Part shown: in pieces, positions 10,821 to 25,009 of the stretch
How positions within the stretch are numbered: the first letter of the stretch is position 1
Layout of the letters: each line of letters opens with the position of its first letter
Assembly: GCF_006345805.1 (NCBI RefSeq)
Contig: NC_043023.1
Coordinates: forward strand, 15,624,001-15,688,000
From: Octopus sinensis
Lineage: Eukaryota
Direction of reading: 5' to 3'
Length of the DNA stretch: 64,000 nt
The notes under the pieces: generated by a model
What the model was told of the DNA's origin: nothing
The model's input: the letters and a program-made list of their open reading frames with translations, nothing else
The model's database searches: none
Program-made: the position numbers and the translations under genes

Positions 10821-11536
10821 CCCTTTTGTTACTAACCTGGCCAAAACCGGCTCTGGCTCTGTGGTAAAATGTCTTGTTTTCATAAGTTTTGAATTAAAAT
10901 CTTCCACCAAACCTTAGTTACAATTTATGTTCCTAACACCAGTTGAATGATAACTAAGTTAGTTTACTAAATTCTTTATTATATTTAAAACTAGCAGTAT
11001 CGCCCGGCGTTGCTCGGGTTTGTAAGGGAAATAACTATATAAGCATTTTTAGAGAGTTACTTCCCATATAGATGCCAATTCGGGCTTTCTTAGCCATTTC
11101 TGTTTCGGTTTCTTCAAGCCATGAAGTCGTTGTTCTAAAAGAACGCTGGTCTCATTGACAACGCTTTACGACGTTGATTTCCTTACACTCCCTTCCCCAC
11201 AGCTTCACGAGGGAGGGATGAAGGGGGAGAAGCAAACAGGTGCAGATGTTAGCGTGGACGCCAACTCCGCCGCCATCGACACACGAAAAATTATGCATTA
11301 AAATGGAATAAAAAATGATGTTAAATTATTTTGAAAATCGTAGACTACTACGCAGACGGGCTCGATATAAATCACGACTATAAGATACCCGAATTTGGTT
11401 AAACTGCACCGCAAAATGTGGGAGTAGTTAGGAATCTAAATCGAAGGGGACAGACACTCACACAACTACAGTTTTATATATATAGATAATTGAAAGAAAC
11501 ACACTGAATCTCAAAAGAAATATGGTAACAAAAGGG
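10821..11536. mobile_element. piggyBac-type MITE interrupted by a Helitron
   Basis: Ends ccctttt-gttac / gtaac-aaaaggg(tta); the body is the reverse complement of the TTAA-flanked copy at 30028-30248. Confidence 0.7.
10991..11486 (-). mobile_element. Non-autonomous Helitron, 496 bp
   Basis: Minus strand: A|TCtatatatataaaac ... cccgagcaacgccggg hairpin ... gCTAG|T, no TSD. Removing it restores the host MITE. Confidence 0.85.
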
Positions 11537-12021
11537 TTACCATATTATAAATTACCATAAATAAATTTCAAAGACAAATTAAAGGATTATATCCACAGTT
11601 TATCATAATGAAGATGTAGTTATATTTTTTTTATAGTTGAATCTCTGCTTTTTGAGTCTTTCCTATATCTTCTTCTGTTTCTGTGTCATTTCAGGAGGTG
11701 AAATGTTAGTGATACTTCATGAATATTGATCATCTAATGGAAGATGTTATAAATATTTGACATAACTCTGTTTATACGATTTGTCTATGGTGGAAAACTG
11801 TGAAATATTTCTTCTGAATTAATGGCAACATTTGTTTCCATCATTGCCTGGAATATTTGCTAAAGGATTTCACATTCTGTTTGGAGCGGGAGATATCTGC
11901 AAAGGTGTTTGTATCATCTTCAGATATTGATGAAGATCAGAACTGCTGGAAATATAAGCAATAGAAATATATAAAAAAGGAAGCAAAATTATGTTTTGTG
12001 CTTGTATACTATAGAACAATA

Positions 12022-12906
12022 ATGAATCCTCAAGAGATGACAAAAGAAAGAGAAAAATTATCACACCAATGTGATATCTGTAAGAAGACTTTTTCTAATA
12101 AGGGAAATCTCATTGTTCACAAATTCATTCATGCAGGTAGGAAGCCATATCACTGTGATATTTGTGGTAAATCATTCTCCAAGAAGCACATCCTTACTTC
12201 TCACATATCCATTCATACAGGAGAGAAACCATATCAGTGTGATATTTGTGGTAAATCATTCTCCCAGAAGCACAGCCTTACTTCTCACATATCCATTCAT
12301 ACAGGAGTGAAACCTTATCACTGTGATATTTGTGGTAAATTATTCTCTCAAAGGACTGGCCTTTCTTATCACAAATCTGTTCATACTGGAGAGAAACCAA
12401 ATCAGTGTGATATTTGTGGTAAATCATTCTCTCAGAAAAGTAGCCTTACCACTCACAAATACATTCATACAGGAGAGAAACCTCATCAATGTGATGTCTG
12501 TGGAATGTCATTCTCTCAAAAAAGTAGCCTTGATTCTCATAAATACATTCATACAGGTGAGAAACCATATCAGTGTGATATTTGTGGAAAATCATTCTCT
12601 CAAAAAGGTAACCTTGATTCTCATAAATATATTCATACAGGAGAGAAACCTCATCTATGTGATGTCTGTGGAATGTCATTCTCTCAAAGACATTACCTTG
12701 AATCTCACAAACACATTCATACAGGAGAGAAACCATATCAATGTCGTATTTGTGGTAAATCGTTCTTCCATAAGCGTAGCCTTACTCATCACAAATCCAT
12801 TCATACTGGAGAGAAACTGTATAAGTGTGATATTTGTGGTATACCACTGTCTTGCTTGCGCTCTTTAACCTCTCATAAAAACATTCATACAGGAGAGAAA
12901 CCATAG
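12022..12906 (+). CDS. C2H2 zinc-finger protein ZNF-2, 10 fingers, intact
   Basis: ORF track 11998..12906, ATG at 12022; 14-aa leader plus 10 x 28 aa. Confidence 0.92.
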   Translation: MNPQEMTKEREKLSHQCDICKKTFSNKGNLIVHKFIHAGRKPYHCDICGKSFSKKHILTSHISIHTGEKPYQCDICGKSFSQKHSLTSHISIHTGVKPYHCDICGKLFSQRTGLSYHKSVHTGEKPNQCDICGKSFSQKSSLTTHKYIHTGEKPHQCDVCGMSFSQKSSLDSHKYIHTGEKPYQCDICGKSFSQKGNLDSHKYIHTGEKPHLCDVCGMSFSQRHYLESHKHIHTGEKPYQCRICGKSFFHKRSLTHHKSIHTGEKLYKCDICGIPLSCLRSLTSHKNIHTGEKP

Positions 12907-12939
12907 CGCTGTAATATCTGCAGTAAATCACTCTAAGTC

Positions 12940-13993
12940 AGATCCTTTCCTTTTGAACGGCAGTTTTTAACAAAATTTCTAGTTAACCAAACACTTTAAA
13001 TCTTCGTATACTGGTAGAATGTATCAAAACAAAACATTTTTTTCTCTTCGCTTTCTTGAGAAAATTGTAATTTGTTTGTTTAACGTAGTTCAATTTTTAG
13101 AATTTTAACCAATCAATGGCCTCTATTGAGCTAAAATCATTTGCAGCGTCTAAAACTGAGACAACATCCTGTCACTAACCCTAACCCTAAATTTTAGCCT
13201 TTTGTTTTTTTTGTTTTATTGTTATCCTTAAATTTATTTAAGGATAACAATTAAGAAAAAAAAACGAAAGCAAAAACTCAACCAATACGAAACGGTTAGG
13301 GTTAGGGGTGCAGGAAGGGTATCTTCTTTTCTTCGCAAATGTAAATAAACCCAATAAACATATTCATACAGCACAGTATGATTTGACTCCAAATGGACGT
13401 ATTTGATTGGTAAAAGTGGAAATGGGTTGATCGTAATCAGAATTCAATGTTGCATCGATAAACCAAAATTGAAAACGATCTAAGCAAAATTAATGATGGG
13501 GAGGGATCATTTTGCGAATAAGAAAGATTATACCAAAACATTTTAAATCTAGTAGCTATACCATCCGACTCTTTTGCTGCAGAACAAGGATCTTTTCTGT
13601 TTGACCGGCAGTTTTTTAAAATAATTTCCACGTAACTAAACACTTTTAAACTTCGTATACTGGTAGAATGTGTTTATAAAACATCTTTTTCTCTTGGCTT
13701 TATTGAGAAAATTCTGTAGTTTGTAAGATATTTGTTGTTTTTTTTTCTTCAATTTCTGCAATTTCAACCAATCAGTGACGTCTATTGAGGTGAAAACATT
13801 CTGTGCCGTCTGAATATGTCCCTCGTTTAAGAAACAGATTGGTTTTATTTACATTTGTGAAGAAAAAAAGATACCCCTAACCCTAACCCTAAAACAGATT
13901 GAAATGCAATAGATCGATACTAGGGTCATAATTATGGGTGACAATTTCATCTGATACCGCTAGAAAAAACTGCCGTTCAAATGGAAATGATCC
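12940..13993. mobile_element. Composite of GGATC-family MITE copies just after the ZNF-2 stop
   Basis: Left TIR at 12940, an internally inverted part to about 13430, and a second copy at 13588-13993 with right TIR ctgccgttcaaatggaaatgatcc. Confidence 0.65.
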
Positions 13994-15610
13994 GATGGGA
14001 GTAAGACACACGTGTCTGTTCCCCACACCCACCACTATCTGACAAGTCGTGTTGCTTTCTTTGACATTGTGGTTCGGTATGCGGAGGACGTAAAAGTAGC
14101 AATAAAAATGTCAGCTTCTAGCTTTGTATCATTTGTTATTATTTGGATTTTTTCTTACAATTCACATTTTCAAAAATTTACAACTTTACTTTTAGCATCA
14201 GACAAAAGTGTTATTAATACGGGAAGCACAACAACTGGATTCTTAATTCGTTTCGTTGACGTTCCGTGTCGGCTTTTCGATGTGTCTTTTTCGCTAGATC
14301 GCTTATTTGTGTAATTAAAAATATTATAAAACACCGACTAATCTCTCTATATATAAACGGCAGTTTGTCTGCATGTTTCTGTGTGTTTGTTAGCTTGTAC
14401 CCTCACCCTGACCACGGCTTTCAACCGATTCTGATGAAACTTGTGACACACATAGCCCAATGTCATAATTCAAAACTAACGTAGTGAAAATTTTGAAAAG
14501 TTCCCCCAGTTCTGAAAAAAATTGATAAATTCGACATGGGGTCGAGAATCAGAAACACAAACCACAGACTGTCTAGGGGACGCAACTCAGCCTTTTTAAC
14601 TCTGACCATCAATAAATCCCAAGGCCAAACACTACAAGTCGCTGGGTTACAGTTGGGCGAACAGTGCTTCGCCCATGGTCAACTCTACGTGGGCTGTTCA
14701 CGCGTTGGGAGGCGCAATGATGTTTTCATGTTTTCGCCCAAACGGACAGCTAGGAACATCGTATACACAGAAGTATTCGAGTGAAGACAAGACATTGCAA
14801 CCTACAAAATCGATAAACTCGGCATGGGGTTGAGAATCCAAGCTTTTTATATGCAACACATTATCTATGGTAGTTTTCGCAACTTGCAATCGATTTTCAC
14901 AAAACTCATGGGGAAGCTTAATGTTACCCTAAGAAACTCAATTCTGACGTTAGTTTTCCATACAATACCTTACCATCAGAAACAATCGATAAAATCATGC
15001 CATTTTGGGAAATCGCGTTCAAATTCAAGATGACATATTTTCGACAATATCTTTCACAAATTGGCAGAAATTTTTTTTTTTATTCACAGCGAGCATCATG
15101 TCTGCTCCAAGGAGCTATATAGCCCTTTTTATTCCAATAGGATACATTATTGGAAAAAATCGGTTAATTAAATCATGTGTGGCACACATAGCAAACTGAT
15201 TTGTGTATTAAACACAAACCAGACTGTCTAGGGGACGCAACTCGACCTTTTTAGCTATCGATAATTCGATCCAACCAATTCCTACCAGGAAGAAATTACA
15301 TTCGAGACTTCACCCCCAACACTTCTGCTAATAGCTACTGCAGCCGCAAGTTATTCGAATACTTTTTTTGTTTACACTTTCTTTATAACTACCACCCCAA
15401 ACGTTTTACCTTAAATTTTTGACGTACCCTAAGGGTCCTCGGACACTACTTGCAAACTCTTGGTTTATTACAAACCACTTTTGTCGTGTGCATCAAAAAA
15501 CCTTTTCCATTCGTTTGTTCAGTTTTGTCACTTTTGACTTTTTCGCTGTTGTCACTCACATTGCTGCCCGCTTTTTTGCCGTTTTTGTACATTTTTATAC
15601 ATTTTGGGAT

Positions 15611-15976
15611 ACTTACCCCACGAGCTCCTTTTTATTACACCTTTACCAAACACATTGCTATCCACCAAAATACTTACCCCACGTGTTCCTTTTTATTACA
15701 CCTTTGCCAAACACATTGCTATCCACCAAAATACTTACCCCACGTGTTCCTTTTTATTACACCTTTGCCAAACACATTGCTATCCACCAAAATACTTACC
15801 CCACGTGTTCCTTTTTATTACACCTTTGCCAAACACATTGCTATCCACCAAAATACTTACCCCACGTGTTCCTTTTTATTACACCTTTGCCAAACACATT
15901 GCTATCCACCAAAATACTTACCCCACGTGTTCCTTTTTATTACACCTTTGCCAAACACATTGCTATCCACCAAAAT
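15611..15976 (+). repeat. 61-bp minisatellite, 6 copies
   Basis: Unit acttaccccacgtgttcctttttattacacctttgccaaacacattgctatccaccaaaat starts at 15611, 15672, 15733, 15794, 15855 and 15916. Confidence 0.95.
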
Positions 15977-18900
15977 GCCACCCGAGATGAGAAGGACCCT
16001 CCTCAGCCCTCGGACTGCCAAGGCATCGGCTGCTAGGGCTAGAAGGGCACGCGAGACCCACGAGGAAACCGCCTTGCGCAAAAAGCTTCCCATTCTGCCG
16101 CTGCTCAGGCACCTGAAACTACTAGCGACCATTCTACCCGACTTGCAAGGGTCGCAGCGTACAGATCTTCCCTCCGCTCGAGGTTGACGAAGGAGCAACA
16201 GTCCAGCCGAAACATGCGGGCTTCTTCCTGTGCTTCCATCCGCAGAGCTCGCGAGAACCCCGAACAAAGGGCCATTCGGAATGCGGCTAACGCCACTAGC
16301 ACTGCCAGGACACGATCTGTCGAAACCTCACAGCAGAGGAGAACTCGCCAAGATGCAAACACAGCCATGGCTCGATCTGCCGAAACTCCACACCAACGAA
16401 CTATTCGGACATCCAGAAATGTCATTAACACTGCTTCTGCTAGGGCTTCAGAGGGTGCTGAGGCGAGAGCTGAAAGGCTTTCAAGGGATGCCACTGCTAC
16501 CGCTGTCGCACGTGCATCTGAATCTGCTGAGGCACGGTGCACTCGACTTGAGAGTATCAACAAACGTCGGGATATCATTCGTGGTGTACGTACCCCTGCC
16601 CCCCGTCACAATTCCTTGAAATAATTCGAAAGTACAACTGCTCATTCCAAATGACCTCTTTCGGGGCCAAAATTCCTCCCAGAGAAGGCTGGATGCCTAC
16701 TTTCAAAGTGCAGGGACAGGTCTACCATCTTATTGGGTCACTTCTGCCAGACGAGATTCAGCAGTCTTCTTTCCTCCAAATCTACTTCATTGCCGACTAC
16801 AACCAGCAGGTTGATGCACGCCTTGGAATAACAACGGGTACATGCTATGTTCCCCGCAAAGACGTTCTTCTCCGTCTCCAAACCATGCTTCATGATATCA
16901 ACAGCTACGTCTGCAGCTTCAGGTATGCCTTGGACAGTGCTCCGTCTCCAAACTTTACCGTTGTCATTGATGCTGATAAACGACCCCACCGGGAGCACCA
17001 ACGCCGTTTCAACGCACCTGCGTGCAACGAAATTGCCGCAGTCATACACGGAGAGCAACACAACAGCCGTGACATAATCATCTCTTCCCATGGTAACAGC
17101 CTACGTAGGATCAGCGAGACTCACAGATCTTATGACGCGCTTCAGTATCCATTGCTTTTCCCTTATGGGGAAGACGGCTACCACTTCGGAATTCCTTTAC
17201 GGCAGCCCTCCAATCAAACTACTGCGGCATCAAAGACGGTTTCCTGCAGGGCGTTCTACTCATATCGGTTCATGGTCAGGGAGGGTGAGTTCAGCTTATT
17301 GCCCCGTTGTCGTCAGCTATTCAACCAGTTCGCCGTCGACATGGCCGCCAAAATGGAATCGGAAAGGCTGCTATACATTAAACTTAATCAGACCAAACTT
17401 CGCTCCGACTCCTACATTCATCTCCGTGACGGCTTGCAACAAGAAAATGACCCTCGCAACATCGGCAAGCCATGCATTCTACCCTCCACCTTCACGGGAG
17501 GACCGCGATATATGCGTGAAAGGACCCAAGACGCCTTGACCTATGTGCGCATTTACGGCCGGCCGGACCTCTTTATCACCTACACGTGCAATCCCAGCTG
17601 CAACGGAATCACTCGCGAACTCCTCCCGGGTCAATCTCACACCCATCGACACAACATCGTTGCTAGGGTTTTCCGTCTGAATTTGGGCAAAATGAAGGAT
17701 TTGATAGTTATGGGTCAGATTTTCGGGCACGTCAGGTGCCACATGTTTTCGGTCGAGTGGCAAAAGAGGGGCTTGCCACATGCTCACATCTTAATTTGGC
17801 TAACTCATAAAATCGAGACTAATGACATTGACAAATTCATTTCCGCCGAGATTCCTGACCCCAAACTGTATGAAATTGTCCGTACTACCATGGTACACGG
17901 GCCCTGTGGACCAAATTACGCCAACACACCATGCTGCAAAAACGGATTAGCCTGCTCAAAGGGATTCCCTAAATGGTTCACTTTGGAGGCTCAAACAGGC
18001 GGCGATGGGTATCCGCTGTACAAACGAAGGAGTCCAGCCAATGGAGGCCACACGATTACGGTTGGGCGACATCAAGTGGACAACAGCTACGTTGTCCCCT
18101 ACTGTCCTCTCCTGTCGAAGATATTCAAAGCCCACGTCAACGTTGAGTTCTGCAGCTCTATCAGGTCAATACAATATGTCTGCAAATATATCAACAAAGG
18201 CAGCGATGCTGCCATGTTCAGCATCCAGAGGACCACCAGTGGACATCAAGTGGACAACAGCTACATTGTCCCCTACTGTCCGCTCCTGTCGAAGATATTC
18301 AAAGCCCACGTCAACGTTGAGTTATGCAGCTCCATCAGGTCAATACAATATGTCTGCAAATATATCAACAAAGGCAGCGATGCTGCCATGTTCAGCATCC
18401 AGAGGACCACCAGTCGCGACGAAGTGTCCAACTACTTGGCTGGCCGGTACCTCAGCAGCAACGAAGCGTTTTGGCGCATTTACGGCTTCCCGCTCCATCA
18501 GAGACACCCGGCTGTGGTGCAGCTTGCTGTACACTTGGAAAATGGACAGCGGATTTACTTCACAGAGCAAAGTGCTGTGCAGATAGCCACCAGCCCTATA
18601 GACACAACGTTGACTGGTTTCTTCAAATTATGCCAACGTGATGACTTCGCTCGAACGCTTTTGTACCCACAGGTCCCATCGTACTTCGTGTGGTCTAAAA
18701 ACACCTGGGTTCGACGGAAATCCGGCAAAAACGTCGAAGGCTTCCCAGGCGTCAAGTTTGACTCCTGCCTGGGTCGAGTTTACAACATCCCGCCAAACCA
18801 GCAAACCTTCTAGATGAGGTCACTGGTCCGACAGGTTTCGGCAATATACGTACCGTCAATGGGGTTCTGTGCGACACCTTCAGGGAAGCATGTATGAGAC

Positions 18901-20660
18901 TTGGCCTTCTAGAGGATGACTCCCAGTGAGACGCCACAATGGCAGAGGGCGCTTTACTGCAAACGCCTTCGGCCCTACGACATCTTTTCGCAATCCTTCT
19001 TCAAAAATGTCAGCTTAGTGACCCACTAAGTCTCTGGATGAAATACAGGGATAACATGTCGCACGACTTCTTACGTACGGCTCAGCAACACTGCCCTTCC
19101 GCCGAGATCACGTTCACCAACTTCATTTACAATTTTGCGCTCATTCAACTCGAAGACGCTGTCATCGATATGGGTGGGTCTGCTTTTACAGAGTACGGCC
19201 TTCCACCACCCACACGTGAACACGCCAATGTTATGTCTGCTGAATTGTTATGCGAAACTTCCTACTGCATTGAGGAACTGCACCAGTATGTCCAAGATAA
19301 TGAACCACGGCTGCTTCCAGACCAGCGCATAGCCTACAACACCATTGTAGACTCTGTCAGACAGCAACGTGGGGTGATTTTCTTCCTTGATGCACCTGGC
19401 GGCACTAGCAAAACCTTCGTCACTAAACTAATTCTGGCAGAGGTCAGACGCAACACGGACATTGCCCTGGCTGTAGCTTCCTCTGGTATCGCGGCCACGT
19501 TGCTTCCGGGTGGCAGAACCGCCCACTCTGCCTTCAGACTCCTGCTCGATCTGGCAAAGTCCGAGTCACCTATTTGCAACATCGCCAAGAACTCAGAACA
19601 GGCCAACATTCTGCGCAGATGCAAACTCATCGTATGGGACGAGTGCACTATGGCACACAAAGGCGCCCTTGAGGCACTGGACAGGTCCCTGCAAGACATC
19701 AGAGACTCTACGGCCCCCATGGGAGGATTAACTTTACTTCTTTCAGGAGACTTCAGGCAGACTCTACCTGTTATTCCAAAAGGAACCTGTGCCGATGCCG
19801 TGCGCGCGTGCCTTAAGTCGTCAGCTCTTTGGGCACATGTGCGGCCCTTGCACCTCCAAACTAACATGCGCGCGCAGTTAATTGGTGACAGCGGATCCGC
19901 TGCATTCTCCAGGGACCTCTTATCACTCGGTGAAAATAGGATGCTGGCTGATGCGGATGGCTGCGTTCAATTGGACTCACTTTGCACCATTGTCGACACC
20001 CCTGCTAGCCTCCGGGACGCTGTCTTCCACGACCTACAAAACAATTTACGCAACCTAAAATGGCTGGCAGGCAGAGCTATTCTCGCACCCAAAAATACAA
20101 CCGTCAACTCCATCTACTTGAAGCTATTCCTGGTGATGTCCACGTCTACAAATCTATAGATAGGACAGCAGACCCCGCCGAGCTTGCCGATTATCCTGTT
20201 GAATTCCTGAATTCACTTGAACCGCCAGGCCTGCCGCCACACATCCTGAAGTTAAAAGCCCATTATGCTCATCAGGAATTTGGTTCCACCTAAACAGTGC
20301 AACGGCACACGTCTGGTTGTGAAACATTTGGCACCACATTTAATAACGGCCACAATACTTACCGGTTGTGGGAAGGGAGAGGACGTCTTCATTCCACGGA
20401 TGCACCTTCAACCGTCGGGCGCTGACCTACCAATCCACTTCAGGTGTTCTCAGTTTCCTGTTAAACTCTGCTTCGCAATGTCCATCAATAAATCCTAAGG
20501 CCAAACGCTACAAGTCGCTGAGTTACATTTGGGCGAACAGTGCTTCGGCCACGGTCAACTCTACGTGGGCTGTTCACGCGTTGGGAGGGGCAATGATGTT
20601 TTCATGTTTTCGCCCACACGGACAGCTAGGAACATCGTATATACAGAAGTATTCGAGTGA
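15975..20660 (+). pseudogene. Helitron Rep/PIF1-helicase (RepHel), frameshifted
   Basis: Rep motifs PDLFITYTCNP, VEWQKRGLPHAH (HUH) and YVCKYINKG. Helicase motifs APGGTSKTF, SGIAATLLPGGRTAHSAF, VWDEC, GDFRQTLPV, KS*GQT and HGQLYVGCSRV. Split over several ORFs with a TAA at 20496. Confidence 0.92.
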
Positions 20661-20782
20661 AGACAAGACATTGCAACGCCCACATGCACCTTCGTTCCCT
20701 GGAGGGAAAGGACTACATTGGGATTAGTCGTTGCCTACTAGGGGCTCTTACATACCCGTGCAATGCCGGGCTATGCTGCTAG

Positions 20783-20801
20783 TATATTATAAGAGGTAAG
20801 A
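20783..20801 (+). promoter_or_regulatory. Residual 13 nt of ZNF-3 exon 1 and splice donor
   Basis: tatattataagag|gtaag, donor at 20795|20796, same as ZNF-1 at 1970|1971. Confidence 0.6.
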
Positions 20802-21354
20802 TGTAACACATATTTTCTTTTTAGTAAAAGCCTATGTATCTGGCTAATTGGAAACAGCAGGCAGTTTTGAAAGTCTTAAATACTGGTTGTCTGAAATCGA
20901 TATTAATTCTATTGTCCAGTAAACTTCGTAAATTATGCCTAGAAAATCTGGATTTTACTTGTGGCCATGAAAAAGCACCAGATTTTTAATTACAATTATT
21001 TTGATAAATACTTCGTTATTTTAGTAGATATTTCAGTGTTTTCATTTCAAGTTTTAATTTGGAAAACTGACAGTTCATTCTATTAATAAACTGGTATAAC
21101 TTTAGTAACAAATAAAATTAAGAAGTGATTTTGTTATGGTTATCTGGATTGCTATAACCTTTAGAATAATACCTATCCAAACCGATTTTGGACATTTTCT
21201 TTCTTAACTTAAAAACCACGGGAGGGGCCTTTTCGGTTAAAATAAAACAAGTATATATTTTCAGAGGAGAAGGTGAAGAATTCAAGGGATGTTTTGCTGG
21301 TGTTTCTAGCAGAACCCAAACCACCCTCCCTTTTCACTCTCACATGTATTTTTT

Positions 21355-21728
21355 TTTTTTTACTTGTTTCAGTCATTTTGACTGCGGCCATGCTGGAGCA
21401 CTGCCTTTAAACGAGCAACTCGACCCCGGGACTTATTCTTTGTAAACTCAGTACTATCGGTCTGTTTTGCCGAACTGCTAAGTGACGGGGACATAAACAA
21501 ACCAACACCGGTTGTCAAGCGATGTTGGGGGGACAAACACAGACACACAAGCATACATATATACGATAGGCTTCTTTCAGTTTCCGTCTAAAAAAAATTC
21601 ACTCACAAGGCATTGGTTGGCCCGAGGCTATGGTAGAAGACACTCTGCCAAAGGTGCCATGCAGTGAGACTGAACCCGGAACCATGTGGTTGGTAAACAA
21701 GCTACTTACCACACAGCCACTCCTGCGT
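21355..21728 (-). mobile_element. SINE family A (paralogous insertion to 2530-2929)
   Basis: Same flanks and orientation as the copy in the ZNF-1 intron. Confidence 0.8.
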
Positions 21729-21778
21729 GTTGATGTTTTTTTAAAAATATTTTTCTCCTATTATATTTTATGGAATGA

Positions 21779-22985
21779 CTAGCAGAGATACCTGGCGTTG
21801 CTCAGTATTAAAATGTCATAGTTTGTGTATATATATATTACAGTTATGTTGAAACAGGTGATATAGGAAAGTGCAGCATTGATGACAAATCATTTGTGGA
21901 GTAAAAGATGGGCTAATTGAACTAAGTGACTTGTCATTTGTCCGAGTATTCCTTGCCCTAACCAGTCGTGGAAAATTGGGGGTGGAGGGTTTGTGGTTTT
22001 TGAATGCACCGAAAAGCTGTCAGTGGATATGTTTCCCTTTGTGGCAGTTGTTACTGCATCTAACATGACCCATCGTCTGAAGTTTTGACACCTCCTTTGG
22101 GTTTATTGTCCTACATCACTCATGAAGTAAATTTTGAGGACCTGTGACACATAAAAGCACCAACCGACCGTGGCCATTTGTCAGCCACCTCTGGCCGCTG
22201 GCACGTAAAAAGCACCCACTATACTCACAGAGTGGTTGGCATTAGGAAGGGCATCCAGCTGTAGAAACACTGCCTGATCAGACTGGAGCCTGGTGCAGCC
22301 TCATGGTTTCCCAGATCCCGGTCGAACCATTCAACCCATGCTAGCATGGAAAACAGACGTTAAACGATGATGATGATGATGATGAAGATGTGGTTGGTTG
22401 TTCATTTGTGGGTAACAGGGAACCATTGAGGTGACAGACTTGCCCTTCGACTGTGAATGTCAGTGTAAATCCATGTTCAACTATCTCCTTAGATGCACCA
22501 AACAATGTCATTTGTGATGCAGGATTGTCTGATATTGTTCAGGAAATCCTTTGACTGGATGGAAGTACCTTCCAGAAGAGGTTGAGAAGGAGCTGGTAGT
22601 GCTGGCAATATTACCTTACTGCCTGGGCATTGCATGCCATTAGTTTCATTTGAAAATTTTAAAGCTTTACAGAAACAACGATTTGAATTTAGCACACTAA
22701 TTTGGACAAGATTATCATTTCCATAAAAATAGGATGGATTATATCTGAAAGCAGCTCCAGGATTTGTGAAGAACGAATTTATACATAGTCTGTTTGTGAG
22801 AGCTATTCTATTGGACCACTGTCTAATCATTAAAATGTTTTAATGGCTAAGCATTAAATGCTGCAGCATGTGTTTGCTGATCTTGCAAAAGTCTCATCTC
22901 CCTTCTGTATTGAGACTCCATCTGACGTGCTGCGGCTTGCCTTTGCTCATCTTGAGAAAGTCCCATCTTGCTTCTGTCTTAAGAA
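21779..22985 (-). mobile_element. Helitron remnant (paralog of 2982-4155) with nested RTE-tail element
   Basis: ORF 22489..22830 is nearly identical to 3652..3990; ctagcag...cctggcgttgctcag end at 21779. Confidence 0.6.
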
Positions 22986-23592
22986 GCAAGATGGAAATAT
23001 TGTCCAATAATTTGTAATTTAATGTTTTACATAATATCTGAAGTCTGTGTGTATATCTAGATATTACACAAGGTTGTATCATATGATTTTAATAAAATAA
23101 ATTTTAAGGACTAATTATTGGGGTAAAAGTTTATATCCACAGTTTATCATTATGAAAATGTAGATATATTTTCTATTGTTGAATCTCTGCTTTCTAAGTC
23201 TTTCCTATATCTTGTACTGTTTCTGTGTCATTTCAGAATATGAGATGTTTGTAGTATAAAGGAGTTTTTACATCAGATACATCAGGAATATTGATCATCA
23301 CTTGAAGTAATGGAAGATGTTATAAATAATACATATAACCACGTTTATATAATTTATCTATGGTGAAGAACTGTGAAAAATTCCATCTGAATTAATAGCA
23401 ACATTTGTTGCCATCATTGCCTGGAATATTTGCTAAAGTATGTCCCATTCAGTCTGAACTTGGAAAAATCTGCAAAGGTGTTTCTATTACCTTTAGCTAT
23501 TGACAAAGACCAGACTTGTGGAAGATACAACTAGAGAAGTATTTGAATCAACAAAGGAATATATAAGAAGGAAAATATATTTTGTGCTTTGA

Positions 23593-24821
<1,229 letters not shown>

Positions 24822-25009
24822 TACTGTAATATCTGCAGTAAATCACTCTAAGCCGGATCTTTTCCTTTTGAACGGCAGTTTTCAATAAAATTTCTAGTTA
24901 ACCAAACACTTTAAAACTTCGTATATAATCTACCTTAACTAAACATATACTTTTTCATATTGATCAATAACAAGAACTGGGATAAAATAGATGTCCTTTT
25001 TTTCTTTTA

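Larger units (their letters stand above)
14342..20782 (+). mobile_element. Helitron, 6441 bp, with RepHel gene
   Basis: A|TC 5' end at 14342, hairpin cccgtgcaatgccggg at 20755-20770, CTAG|T end at 20782, no TSD. The empty site gactaa|tatattataagag is present in the paralog at 1957|1958. Confidence 0.95.

Noticed and set aside
13170-13320. taaccctaaccct / ggttagggttagg as interstitial telomere
   Set aside because: Only 2-3 units, and always embedded at the same position in MITE copies.
15611-15976. 61-bp arrays (here and at 35463-35875) as CRISPR-like loci or repeat proteins (ORFs 15419, 15450, 15604)
   Set aside because: Units are contiguous with no unique spacers, there are no cas genes and the context is eukaryotic. 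Unit length is not a multiple of 3, so the ORFs are by-products.
15975-20660. Currently autonomous Helitron
   Set aside because: Several frameshifts, a stop in KSQGQT, Walker A GGTSKT instead of GGTGKT, and apparent internal deletions.
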